NCBI RefSeq assembly: GCF_006345805.1
Contig: NC_043001.1
Coordinates: 67,580,001-67,644,000, forward strand
Direction: 5' to 3'
Origin: Octopus sinensis
Taxonomy: Eukaryota
Length of the DNA: 64,000 nucleotides
The position numbers and the translations under genes were made by a program. Shown one piece after another: positions 1 to 11,650 of this stretch (within the stretch, counting starts at the first letter, position 1; every line of letters begins with the position of its first letter). Under the pieces are notes generated by a model that was not told where the DNA came from, searched no databases, and saw only the letters and a list, made by a program, of their open reading frames with translations.

Positions 1-945
1 TATCCATTAAACCACAGAGTAGTCTTACAAAAGGAAAAACACTTTCAGTATTATTGTCATAGATATACAAAGAGACATGGTGGTCATGACTAGAGAACCC
101 TTGCCCACAAACCCATTGTAACAGAGCTGACCTGGGGCTAAACAACACTTATTTAAAATGAAGTGGGGCAATGAAACAAAGTTGCCGTTTCAGTTTACAA
201 TAAAGTCATATCTACAGGATATAATGCCTGTGGTAGTGGAGCCAACTGGTGAAGGGACCTCTATGTGGTCATTAAGTTTGCTAGAAACAATAACAAACTC
301 TTTCTTAAATTACGCTGTACTATCTTACCAGTGAAGGATACATTTGAATCCACAATAGATGAAACACTACTTTCGACAAAGAACAATCAGTTAACAAGAG
401 AGCTTCTGGGTGGTTGCCCAATTTGCTAGAAATAGCAACCAAATGTTCCTCAAATTACTATTTAATCCAATAACCTGCTGTTAATAATTTTTGACATCTT
501 ATATTGTTTTCCTTCATGTCTCTATCAAATTATTCCACCGTTTCAAGCAATTTTGTACATTCTTTGTGCAGTTCCTCGTCCAAACAACGAGCAGAATCCA
601 ATACGCCTCAAATGCTTCATTTTTATTGGAAGAAAACAAGAAAATTGAAAGCTTGAATGATTTCTAAAGATTCTTTATGTTTCAACAAAATTATTGAATA
701 CATACAATTACAATATCTGATGGATGTTGCAAGTTTCTGCAGCCAGGCTTTCACTCTGGCTAATTATTATGTTTGTGCATATTGATTATTTAGACATCAC
801 AAGATAAAATAAGCAGACAAAATCGGATGATGTAGTCCTTGATACACTATGTTTGAAAAAAAAAAAGGAATGGTCATGGATGGAATGTTTTTAATCATAT
901 GTTTACTTGATTGGAGCTGGCCTTGGATTAAACAACAACCACCAA
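1..945. repeat. Cluster of fragments of an interspersed AT-rich repeat family (motifs 'gctagaaatagcaaccaaat' and 'agctgacctggggctaaacaac')
   Basis: The same motifs recur at about 120-150, 280-300, 425-445, 915-940, 14100-14345, 44760-44786 and 50930-51520; no coding capacity. Confidence 0.55.
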
Positions 946-1021
946 CTATTTCATAGAATCCATCTACAGTTTTCAGTAGCCCATTGGTGGGTTTAAACCT
1001 TGTATGGTGGGGTAATGATCA

Positions 1022-1248
1022 TTAATCCTTTAGCATTCAGATTACTCTATTAAATGTAATGCTTATTTATTCCCTGTGTTTTGAATTATCATGCATTATC
1101 CCATAGTTTTGAGTTTTCAATAGTGTGAGTGTTTATTTATAGAATGACATTGTAAAGTAAGTGTGATAGGCCAGATCTGGCCATTTTTCACATAAAACAG
1201 GTAGAATATTTAGGTCAGTTATGACCAGTTTAAATGCAAAAGGGTCAA
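1022..1248 (+). mobile_element. TTAA-flanked MITE (piggyBac-type non-autonomous)
   Basis: Begins ttaa-tcctttagcatt and ends aatgcaaaagggtc-aa (degenerate TIR); homologous copies at 9031-9254, 33859-34085 and 61083-61300. Confidence 0.6.
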
Positions 1249-1571
1249 ACACTACCTTACAAAAATTTAATCCAATGAAATGGCAACCTAATCTCCATTA
1301 ACTCATGGCCTAAAACTTAAAAAAAGGGAAGACACATTGTTTATACCAGACTGAAGTCTTCTGTCTTATGTGTCTTCTTCCATAGATATAGATCAATTAA
1401 AGACTTGTTTATGAAATCTGTTAGGTGGAAATGTAAAATCTTGTTAGTGAGACTTTCTGTTTTTCCAAGTAGACTTCACATTGAATAGGTTTAACATCAC
1501 TATCTCATGATTTTTGGCTGTTTTTAATAGAGACCACTTTATTGTTGTTGCTTTATTTCTTTGGTTTAGAG

Positions 1572-1827
1572 CAATGGTCCTCAACCATTTTTTACCTATG
1601 GATCCCACCTTGATTCCTACTTTGTTTGGTTGGACCTTTATAACCATTCACTGTTTAAAAAATTTTGTTATATTTTTAGGATCAAATATTATTAGAAATT
1701 GAATAAAAAAATTAAAATATTTTGTGTATTGTAGAAGTATAACCAGTTATATGGACCCCTAAGGGGTCTAGAGGAATGGCCAGTACCCATAGATTTTCAC
1801 AGATTTTCTGAGATGGGTGAATAACTG
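1572..1827. mobile_element. hAT (Charlie/MER5-like) MITE, degenerate
   Basis: Left end caatggtcctcaaccattttttacctatggatc is the reverse complement of the right end of the MITE at 32979-33155; no TSD recognisable. Confidence 0.5.
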
Positions 1828-1856
1828 CAAGTTGATGGCAGCAGTAAAAAAGAAAA

Positions 1857-1857
<1 letters not shown>

Positions 1858-1904
<47 letters not shown>

Positions 1905-1947
1905 AAGAGAGAGAGAAAGAAAGAGAGAGAGAGAAAGAAAGAAAGAA

Positions 1948-1981
<34 letters not shown>
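1858..1981. repeat. (GA)n/(GAAA)n microsatellite
   Basis: Direct reading; source of the spurious SL- and RE-rich ORFs. Confidence 0.95.
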
Positions 1982-2196
1982 GGCATTAAGAGATTTCTTG
2001 AGGGATAACATCTTGGGGAGGAATGACTGGGTTAATGTGTGGGTTGAGAAATGCAAAATAGGCCGTTTTTATCATGTGGTTGCGAAAGGATCAGTGAGGT
2101 CAAGTTGTAAATGTTCCTTTCTTGGCCCCTTCACATAACTGACTTTGATGGATAAATCAATCCCAGTATTTGACTAGTACTTTATATTATTGATAG

Positions 2197-2399
2197 GTGC
2201 GAGCATGGCAATATGGTTAAGCAACTTGCTTTCCCACTATCTGGTCTGAGGTTCAGCCTCACTGTTTGGCACTTAGGACAAATGTCTTCTTTTATAGTCC
2301 CAGGCTGACTAAAGCCTTGTGAGTGGATTTGGTTGATGGAAACTAGAAGAAGCCTGTCATATATGTATGTATGTGTGTGTGTATGTGTGTATCCTTGTC
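2197..2399 (+). mobile_element. tRNA-derived SINE, 5' half (interrupted by the RTE LINE)
   Basis: Homologous to the SINE head at 7379 and 56282 (gccttgtgagtggatttgg...gaagaagcctgtc); sequence resumes at 6373. Confidence 0.75.
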
Positions 2400-5300
2400 A
2401 GGTCTTCGCTTGGAGCTACTGGTAACATGTAACCCAGTACAACCTGTTACATGGTCGGGTCGTTGGCGACTAAACTGGCAACCCCACCAAGATTTCTTGG
2501 TGAGGAGGGTGATTTGGACACCCAGCAGGACTAAAAACAAAACCTGTCAAAGGGCAGAGGAACTCTCTCACGAGTCAATGGCCATCCAAAATCCGGAGTG
2601 GAGCCCCTAAGGCGGTTGGATTGCGCCATGCGTGCCACCTTCCGGCAGCTCCTGCATCTTGGTCTACCCCCAGTCGTCTTGACTTTGTCTTGCCACTGGA
2701 TCCGGCGCACCAGGACGAGAGAGTGAGGCTGATCCTGCGCAAGTCACCTTCACTATAATCCAATTCACGCGCATGTCACGACATCATGACGTCATGACAC
2801 CATCCCAAAGTCTTGTGGCGATGGGGAAACGGCGAAGTAGCAGGTGAGGATACACTGGGAGCTGCAGTCGTGAACCCACACACAGGCGGCTCAGGACATG
2901 TGGTCACCCCTCACTGAACTGAGGCAGCAGTGGAGTCCGGCAGCCTCCTGAGTGACCGAGCAGCCCTCTTCAGGATCGCTCTGCTCACCTCCCCAGCATG
3001 AGGACGGGGCTAGAAAAGGTTGCCCTAAACATAGCCTGCCTCACCTCACCCTGGTCAGCAAACTGCGGCTGGCGGGGATCCTTTCCAAGCGGTCAAAACA
3101 AAGAAAGAAGAAAACAAACAAAGGTGCTCACTTTCGCAACTTGAGAACTCTGCTTGACAACACCAAAGCGGACAGACCAGAGAGACGAACTGCCCTGGTG
3201 GCCAGAGAACTGAGCCGATACAATGTCGATATTGCAGCACTGAGCGAGACCTGCCTTGCGGACAAAGGCCAGCTGACAGAGACAGGCGGAGGCTACACTT
3301 TCTTTTGGAGTGGTCACAGCAGCGAAGAGCGTCGTGAGGCTGGTGTTGGTTTTGCCATTAAGTCAGTACACGTGCGGAAACTGGAAAGCCCCCCCGAGGG
3401 TATCAACGATCGGCTGATGAAGATGCAGCTCCCACTTGGAAACAAGACTAGTGCGACCATCATCAGTGCTTACGCCCCCACCATGACCAACCCCGAAGAA
3501 GTTAAGGACAGGTTCTATGAGGAACTCGACTCCCTCATCACGTCAGCCCAGCCTGGGAAGCTCATCCTCTTTGGGGATTTTAACGCCCGTGTCGGGACTG
3601 ACCACCAAGCCTGGCATTGCGTACTGGGAAAGCAAGGAATCGGAAAGTGCAACAGCAATGGACAGCTCCTCCTGCGTGCGTGTGCCTCTCATGATCTTAC
3701 CATCGCCAACACCTTGTTCCGTCTGCCAACACGCAACAAGACATCATGGATGCATCCACGCTCCAAACACTGGCATCTGATAGATTACGTCATCGTCAGG
3801 GCGAAAGACAGGCGGGACGTGAGACTGGTCAAAGCCATGTGCGGAGCTGACTGCTGGACGGACCATCGCCTCATCATCTCCAGGATGGATTTCTACATCC
3901 GACCTAAGAGAAGACCACAGGGTCAGAAAGTGACAAGGAAGCTTAACATCACGAAATTAAAGAACCAGCTGACTGCACAAGATCTCCAGTCACATATGGA
4001 CAGCAAGCTGTTGGACATTCGGAGTGACCAGTCCAGCATCGATGAGCAGTGGGAATCATTCAGGGACACGGTTCATTCCACCGCCCTTGAAACTCTGGGC
4101 CAAGTTATGAGGAACCACCAGGACTGGTTCAACGAAAACGACCAGGAAATCCAAAAGCTCCTGGAAGAGAAACGCCGTCTGCTGCGGGCTCACCAAAATG
4201 ACACCACCTGCACGGCAAAGAAGGCCACTTTCAACAACATTCGCAGCACAGTCCAGGCTAAACTCCGCCTCATGCAAGACGCATGGTTAAGCGCCAAGGC
4301 GGATGAGATTCAGGGATACGCAGACAAACACGACACCAAGAAATTCTACGAGGTGCTGAAAGCTGTCTATGGACCGCAGTTCTCCTTTGGATCAACCCCC
4401 CTGCTCAGCTCGGATGGAACCTCACTCCTGACAAACAAGAGGCTGATTCTGGAGAGATGGGCGGAGCATTTCAACATCGTGCTCAACCGACCAGCCCAGA
4501 TCAACGAGGAAGCCATCGCACGACTCCCCCAGGTGCCGACAAACCACGAGTTGGCTGTTCCCCCTGCAGTCGAGGAGGTGAGCAGAGCCATCAAAAAAAT
4601 GTCCACCGGCAAAGCTCCAGGCTCTGACGCCATCCCTGCAGAGGTGTTCAAGTCGGGCGGCCCCACCATGATCAGTCAGCTCACCAGCCTATTCCAGTAG
4701 ATGTGGGACAGGGAACAACTCCCTCAAGATTTCTGGGACGCAACAATCGTCCACATTTATAAGCGGAAAGGAGATCGGCAGTCCTGCGACAACCACTGAG
4801 GTATCTCCCTCTTGTCCATAGCAGGCAAGATCCTGGCCCGGGTCCAGCTTGACCGCCTTCTGGAACACTTGGAGCAAGGCCTTTTCCATGAGAGCCAGTG
4901 TGGCTTCCGCGCGGGTCGAGGGACCACTGACATGATATTCGCCGCCCGCCAGCTCCAGGAGAAATGCATGGAGCAGCACCTTGACCTCTGCATGACCTTT
5001 GTTGACCTCACCAAGGCCTTTGATACAGTCAGTTGGGAGGGACTATGGAAGGTCATGGGAAAATGTGGTTGCCCCAGCAAATTTATTGCAATTGTCCGCC
5101 AGTTCCACGACGGAATGACAGCCAGAGTCCTTGAAGACGGCAACTCATCTGAAGCCTTCCAGGTGACCAACGGAGTCAGGCAGGGCTGTGTCCTGGCCCC
5201 AACACTGTTCAGCATCATGTTCTCGGCAATGCTGTCCGACGCCTTTAGGGACTGCAAGTCCGGTATCGACATCAAGTACAGGACAGACGGGAAACTTTTC

Positions 5301-6372
5301 AACTCCAGAAGATTGCAGGCTGTCACAAAGGTGAGGGAGACAGTCGTCAGAGACTTTCTCTTTGCTGACGACTGCGCCCTTAATGCAATCGATGAGCAGG
5401 AGATGCAGCTCGAGATGGACAGGTTCTCATCAGCCTGTGACAACTTCGGTCTCACCATCAGTGCCAAGAAAACCGAAGTGATGTTTCAGCCAGCCCCCAG
5501 CAAACAATACCATGAGCCTCAGATAAGGGTGAACGGACGGATCCTACGAGTGGTGGAAAACTTCACCTACCTGGGCAGCACTCTCTCCTGCAATGCCAAC
5601 ATAGATGCTGAAACCACCAACAGAATCTCCAAGGCAAGCAGCGCGTTTGGGAGACTGCGAAAGAAAGTCTGGGAGCAGAGAGGAATCAGCCTCAACACCA
5701 AGCTGAAAGCCTACCAGGCAGTCGTGCTTACCACCCTACTATACGGCTGCGAGACGTGGACTGCTTACCGAAGGCACGAGCGCCAGATAAACCACTTCCA
5801 TCTCAGGTGTCTTCGGAACCTCCTTCACATCCGCTGGCAGGACAAAGTCCCAGACACGGAAGTTCTGAAGCAGGCAGATCTCCCTAGCACCATCACAATC
5901 ATGCGCAAGGCCCAGCTGAGATGGGCGGGCCACGTCTCCCGCATGTCCGACACTCGCATCCCAAAACAGCTCTTCTACGGTGAACTCGGCCAGGGCAGGC
6001 GCAAAGTCGGAGGGCAGAAGAAGCGCTACAAGGATAGTCTCAAGGTCTCTCTCAAAGACTTCTCCATCGGAATAGAGACCTGGGAGACACTTGCTGCCAA
6101 CCGCTCATCCTGGCGCAGCGCAATCACCGTGGGAGCAGGGACAGCCGAGGAGGGACGGATTCGGTCAGCGGAGCAGAAACGTCAGATGCGTAAAGCCAGA
6201 GCCGCCTGCACCAGTAGCACGGCCCCTACCCACTTCTGCCCCACCTGTGGGAGGGGCTTCCTTGCCCGGATTGGCCTCACCAGCCACCTCCGGTCTCATG
6301 GCATCAGTTTCATCAGATGATGTCAGTTGGTCATCTTCGAACCGAAGGACGAACATTAAAAAAAAAAAAAAA
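2400..6372 (+). mobile_element. Full-length RTE-clade non-LTR retrotransposon (BovB/Expander-like)
   Basis: 9-bp TSD atccttgtc at 2391-2399 and 6373-6381; GC-rich 5' UTR; single APE-RT-ZnF ORF; short 3' UTR ending in poly(A) at about 6357-6373. Confidence 0.95.
3060..6320 (+). pseudogene. RTE ORF: AP endonuclease + reverse transcriptase + C-terminal C2H2 zinc finger, disrupted
   Basis: APE motifs ALSET, AYAPT, GDFNA, HLIDY, WTDHRL; RT motifs QCGFRAGRGT, FVDLTKAFDTV, GVRQGCVLAP, FLFADD, FTYLGS; CPTC-x12-HLRSH at the C-terminus. In-frame TAG at 4698 and TGA at 4797 (same frame on both sides). Probable ~7-nt deletion at about 3142 removing the TWNVR motif (VLTFATW in one frame, RTLLD in another). 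Confidence 0.9.
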
Positions 6373-6600
6373 ATCCTTGTCTTGATATCCTGTGAAGGGT
6401 GTAAATGAACATCACCATCATACAAGTGATGTTCATTTCTAGTCTTTCGTGAAAGTATCTCTGTCTGTGGGAAGATATTACCTTGTTTGCCATCAAGTGA
6501 GGGTTGATAACAGGAAGAGCATTTGGTCATAGAAAATCCGGCTCAATAAATTCTGTCTGACCCATGCAAACATGGAAAAGTGAATGTTAAATGATGGTAA
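6373..6600 (+). mobile_element. tRNA-derived SINE, 3' half, with RTE-like tail
   Basis: Continues the element broken at 2399; tail gggttgataacaggaagagcatt...cccatgcaaacatggaaaagtgaatgttaaatgatg resembles the 3' end of the RTE family at 35712-35900. Confidence 0.7.
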
Positions 6601-7147
6601 TCTCAAAGGGATGAAAGGTGATACTGGAACTCAGTGTAGAAAATTAGAACACATATTAGAAGGCTTTGTAAAAAATGTGCCTCAGAGGAGAAAAGAGGAG
6701 TGAATTGAGTGTTCTTGAGTAGGGCTGGCATGAGACTAGTTAGTTCTAAGGGGAAGAGGCCATTACAGTAGCAGTAGGAGAGGCAGAGAGAGGAGATAAT
6801 GTACCTGTGGGTCAGAGGTTGGAGTGGGTTGGTGAATGACTTCATGCCAGTCAGTTGGGTAGCCTTTTATGGAGAGCAGGATATGGTTATTGTTGTTTGT
6901 ATTTGTAGCAGCATTGGCTCAAGTGTGACAACATTACTCTATTGTGGGTCTCACTTGAGATTTCTAGAGAGTTAATAGGTGCCAGATGTTATTTTCTAGC
7001 CCTAAAAAATGACCCCAATCTGTGTGATGCAGTGTTTGCTAAATTGCCACAGTAAATCTTCAGTGACGTTGAGACCTGTTAGTTATAATGACTTTGAAGG
7101 TTCTAATTGCATACAGTTTGTATTTAGAGAGATACTCTGTTGTTTTA

Positions 7148-7150
<3 letters not shown>

Positions 7151-7234
<84 letters not shown>
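7151..7234. repeat. (GT)n microsatellite
   Basis: Direct reading. Confidence 0.95.
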
Positions 7235-7235
<1 letters not shown>

Positions 7236-7378
7236 TCTATTTTATGGTTGTAGGGGACTCTATTGTTTTATTGGGGTGACTGTCTTTGTTCATTTCTTTT
7301 CTATTGATTGTTTTAAGAATTGTGAAGAAGAGGAATGTAATATTGATTTGTTATGGAAGAGAAATGCAACATTGATAG

Positions 7379-7722
7379 GTGCAGGAGTGGCTGTTTGGTA
7401 AGTAGCTAGCTAACCAACCACATGGTTCCGGGTTCAGTCCCACTGCGTGGCATCTTGGGCAAGTGTCTTCTGCTATAGCCCCGGGCCGACCAATGCTTTG
7501 TGAGTGGAATTGGTAGACGGAAACTGAAAGAAGCCTGTCGTATATATGTATATATATATAAGTGTGTGTGAATATGTTTGTGTGTCTGTGTTTGTTCCCC
7601 GAGCATTGCTTGACAATAAGTACTGGGCTTACAAAGAATAAGTCCCGGGGTCGATTTGCTCGACTAAAGGCGGTGCTCCAGCATGGCCACAGTCAAATGA
7701 CTGAAACAAGTAAAAAAAGAGT
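7379..7722 (+). mobile_element. tRNA-derived SINE family A
   Basis: Box A/B-like head (tggctgtttggtaagtagc...ggttcagtcc), central TA/TG tract, tail gactgaaacaagtaaaa; close to 56282-56689. Confidence 0.85.
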
Positions 7723-8463
7723 ATTGATCTGGTACTTCAATGACACAATGTTATATAAATTAACAAGAACACTAACACATAGTATTTGGGTTTAAATTTG
7801 TAAACATTGTTACAGTCATATTGTTTCATTAAGATACTGTTACATATAATGTAGAAAATAGACCACATGGCTAAATGACAGCATTAAGTTTTTGTTAAAG
7901 CCAGCATCAGGATTCTATTGCTTTTTCTCCTGAAATGAAACAAAATGAAAGATTGTACATGTATTATTTTATAACTGGGAATCTTTACAAATTTCATCAT
8001 AATGTATTGGAAGGATTGATTAATGAGAGGATGCAACATTTATGTTTTTCTTTGTTGGGGTAACAGTGTATTGACTGGATAATAATCTTGATATGAATAT
8101 TAGCATTTGCTCTAAGCTGAACAATCACTAAAATTATTGCTGCTATGTTTGTCCTGTCTTTAATTCAGACATTCTGCATCTAGGAATATATTATCCAATG
8201 TGCCCTCACTTTTTTAATGTGGTAGGGTTTGACTCCAGTGAAATTTTGATAATATTCATAACCTGTCCAGTGACTACATGGAGGCCACAAAGTTATATTC
8301 AGGCACCATATCTTTTGGCATACATGTCAATGTAGAATATAATGTAAACATTCAAACATCATCACTATCTTTCCAAATCCTGCTGCAAATTTGGTCTGCC
8401 AAAGTTGTCTTAGTTGACATACCATTTTTTGCCTGTTAATTTTAGTCAGAAAATTTCAACTTG

Positions 8464-8865
8464 TATCTTTTACTTGTTTCAATCATTAGACTGTGGCCAT
8501 GCTGGGGTATTACCTTGAAGAATTTTTAGTTGAATGAATTGGCCCCAGTACTTATTTTAAAGCCAGCTACTTATTCTAACAGTCTCTTTTGCTGGATTGC
8601 TAAGTTATGGGGAAGTAAACACATCAATACCAGTTGTCAAATGGTGGTGGGGGACAAGCACATACACAAAGACACACACATACACATGCATACACACACA
8701 CACACACACACCACACACACACACACATGATGGGTTTCTTTAAGCTTCTGTCTGCCAAATCCACTCATAAGGCTATAGAAGATACTTTCCCAAGGTGCCA
8801 CATTGTGAGACTGAACCCAGAATCATGTGATTGAGAAGCAAGATTCTTACCATACCTGCGTCTAT
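8464..8865 (-). mobile_element. SINE family A
   Basis: Reverse-complement homology to 7379-7722 with an internal (CA)n. Confidence 0.75.
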
Positions 8866-9030
8866 GGAAAATACAGTATATTGTTTCTGGTGTTGAAAAA
8901 CAAGGGTCAGACTTGATGAAAACCTGGTATAAACACAGTCTCAGCTTCTATATCAATGAAGCTGTTTAATTATTACATTTCTATACCCCTCCCACACACT
9001 GATGGATTTCTTTGTGGTTTATTCTGAACA

Positions 9031-9254
9031 TTAAATCTTTAGCATTCAAACTGTCATGTCAGGCCCAAATATTCAAACTGCTTTATTTTCAAACTGGTCA
9101 GGTCAACCTCATACACTTGCTTCACTTATATCATTCGGAAAATAAAGTCACATCACTGAATCTCAAAGCTACAAGATAATGCATGATTAATACAAAACAA
9201 TGTGAAAAAATAAGCATTACATTTGAGAGAGTAGTCCAAGTGCTAAGGGTTTAA
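9031..9254 (-). mobile_element. TTAA-flanked MITE
   Basis: ttaa-atctttagcatt ... tgctaagggt-ttaa; inverse of 1022-1248. Confidence 0.55.
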
Positions 9255-9679
9255 ACCAGTATATGGCATGGATCTAGGTCCTGAAACTAACATCTTTCAT
9301 GGATTATTTCAAGTGTTTTAAACTAAACTGTAACAAGTAAGTCTCCTGTCCGGACTCTTCCACAAAATCTCTTGCAGACATTGATTCCAGTGTCTGTTAC
9401 ATTATTCATGACTTCATCAGAAACTTTCTTCAAGAAATTCTGGGAAAAGGAAAATAAATCAAGTAGGTAAGTGTTATAAGGGATTATAATTAATTCATGC
9501 CATAGTTGTGGATCAGTGAGTTATTGTCAACAGACAAGGTCAAATGTAATATTATTGTGCAGATGCATATTATATATTTATTGATTTTAATTATGAGCCA
9601 AGTCACAATGATATTGTTATTACTGTCATATATACAGTTACTAAACAAAAGTTTATGGTGTGTGAGTATATGTATCGAC

Positions 9680-9909
9680 ATGTGTATGAATGTATGTATG
9701 TATATATATAAGTCTATGTATATTTGTAAGCATGTGTATATGTATTTATGTACATACATATGTAATATATATATATGTGCATTTATGATATAAATAAATA
9801 TATATGTATGTATGTGTATATATGGTACATATATATAGGTATATATATTTATATATATATGCATATATATGTTGATAGATAGATAAGTATAGATATTTAT
9901 ATGTAATAG

Positions 9910-9944
<35 letters not shown>

Positions 9945-9945
9945 G
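9680..9945. repeat. Compound TA/TG microsatellite tract
   Basis: Direct reading. Confidence 0.85.
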
Positions 9946-10393
9946 GTATATGTAAATTTATTACTTGTTACTGATGTTGTTTCCATTATCAGCTTCAGTG
10001 TTCAATTTGATTCTTTCAAACCAATGACCCATAACCGCTGCCATCCAATAATCTTTATTGCCTTTGTGAATTAATTTTATTACTCCTCTATCTTCCCTTT
10101 GTTAACTCTCTTACTCTGGCACTATGCCAAACACAATTAACAAACACATTTACTTTAAGATGGAAATGACGTTCATATTTTTTTCCATTATGTTGTGGGG
10201 GATGTTTTTTTTTGGTGGGGCATTAAGGGCCCAGAGAGATAGTCAAAATATTTCACAAAAGAACTATGAGCTATGTACCTAGTTATATGATCATTATGCT
10301 AATGAGTCTTCCCCTCATCATGGGGTGTAAGTTTTATTTAATTGAAATATATCTGAAATATACTTCATACAGTGTATGAAGAATGTTTGAATA

Positions 10394-10434
10394 CACTGCC
10401 TTCAAATATACATTAAGCATATTTGAAGGCAGTG
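10394..10434. repeat. Perfect 16-bp inverted repeat with 9-nt loop
   Basis: cactgccttcaaatat / atatttgaaggcagtg. Confidence 0.9.
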
Positions 10435-10879
10435 AATTGGCAGAATAAATAGAGCATTGAATAGATTGATTTATGGTTTCATTCCACCTCTCTGCTACAT
10501 TGAAGTTCAATTCCTGCTGAGGTCAACTTTGCCTTCAAGAATTTTTGGTCAATTACAAAAAAATACCAGTCTAAAGTATTGTGGAACGATGGAACTGTTA
10601 GGAGGTCGGGAAAGTTGTCTGGTGGTATCTGCAATGGCTCTTTAGATTCTAACAGCAACATTGTATCAGCCCAAGTTGATGGCCTTTCCCCTCAAATCAA
10701 ACATTGATGGTATAGTGAAGAAAAACTTGCATTCATTGGTAACTGCCAAAGTTCCACTAAACTTCTCCGGGCCTTTACCTGCATGTAGAGAGCTATGGTC
10801 AAATTTGACCAACACAAGCCCCAATAAGTAAATTATCATCAACCTAAATATTTTAGGGTAGGGGAACTCTAAAATTGCG

Positions 10880-11002
10880 ACTTGTTCGCAACATGTTATC
10901 TGAGTGCAGCACCTTGGGCAAGTGTCTTATGCATAGCTCCAGGCTGATCAAAACCATTTGAGTGAATTTAGATGGAAGCTATATAGAATCCCATTGAGTA
11001 CA

Positions 11003-11063
<61 letters not shown>

Positions 11064-11265
11064 GCGTGTGTGTGTGTGCGTGTGTGTGTGTGTTTGTAAC
11101 TAGTGTTGGTTTGTTTTCATCCCAGTAACCTTGTGGTGAAGTAAGACAGACCAATAGAATAAATGCGTGTGGTTCATGGGTCCATTTTTTAACAAAATTC
11201 TTCAAGGTGGTGCTGCAGCATGGCAACCTGTCTTATGACTGAAACAAGTAAAAGATAAATATAAA
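10880..11265 (+). mobile_element. SINE family A, degenerate, with expanded (GT)n
   Basis: caccttgggcaagtgtctt core; tail gactgaaacaagtaaaaga. Confidence 0.7.
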
Positions 11266-11504
11266 GAGGCTACATTGATGTAACAATATTCTCCATTGTA
11301 GTCCAAATACCACACCACTATAGAGCTGGATAAAGGGCAAAATAACTGGCAGAATTATTAACATTGGGCAAAATATTTAGTGTCATTTCACTTGTATTTA
11401 TGTTTTGAGTTTAAATTCTGCCAGGGTTGACTTTGCCTTTCATCCATCCTGGGTCAATAAAATAATACCAGTTGAGCCCTGGAGTAGATGTAATTGACTT
11501 ACCA

Positions 11505-11650
11505 TCATCATCATCATCATTTAGCATCTGTTCTCCACGCTAGCATGGGTTGGACGGTTCAACTGGGATCTGTGAAGCTGGAAGGCTTCATCAGGCCCAG
11601 TCAGATCTGGCAGTGTTTCTACGGCTGGATGCCCTTCCTAATGCCATGTC
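11505..11650 (-). mobile_element. RTE-family 3' tail fragment
   Basis: (cat)n followed by catgggttggacggttcaactggg...ggatgcccttcctaatgcca, matching 35712-35850. Confidence 0.75.

Noticed and set aside
480-660. Mariner transposase C-terminal relic on the minus strand (EAFEAYW...KRWNNLIE)
   Set aside because: Too short and degenerate to support without an alignment
2490-2520. Twister ribozyme in the RTE 5' UTR (gaggagggt)
   Set aside because: The conserved GCCGGUCCCAAGCCCGG-type loop and pseudoknot partners are absent
2952-3133. N-terminus of the 582-aa track ORF as the true protein start
   Set aside because: The homologous VLTFATW motif lies in another frame, so the upstream part is probably 5' UTR read through after a deletion
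4757-5467. 236-aa minus-strand ORF and other antisense ORFs over the RTE
   Set aside because: Antisense shadows of a GC-rich coding frame; no motifs of their own
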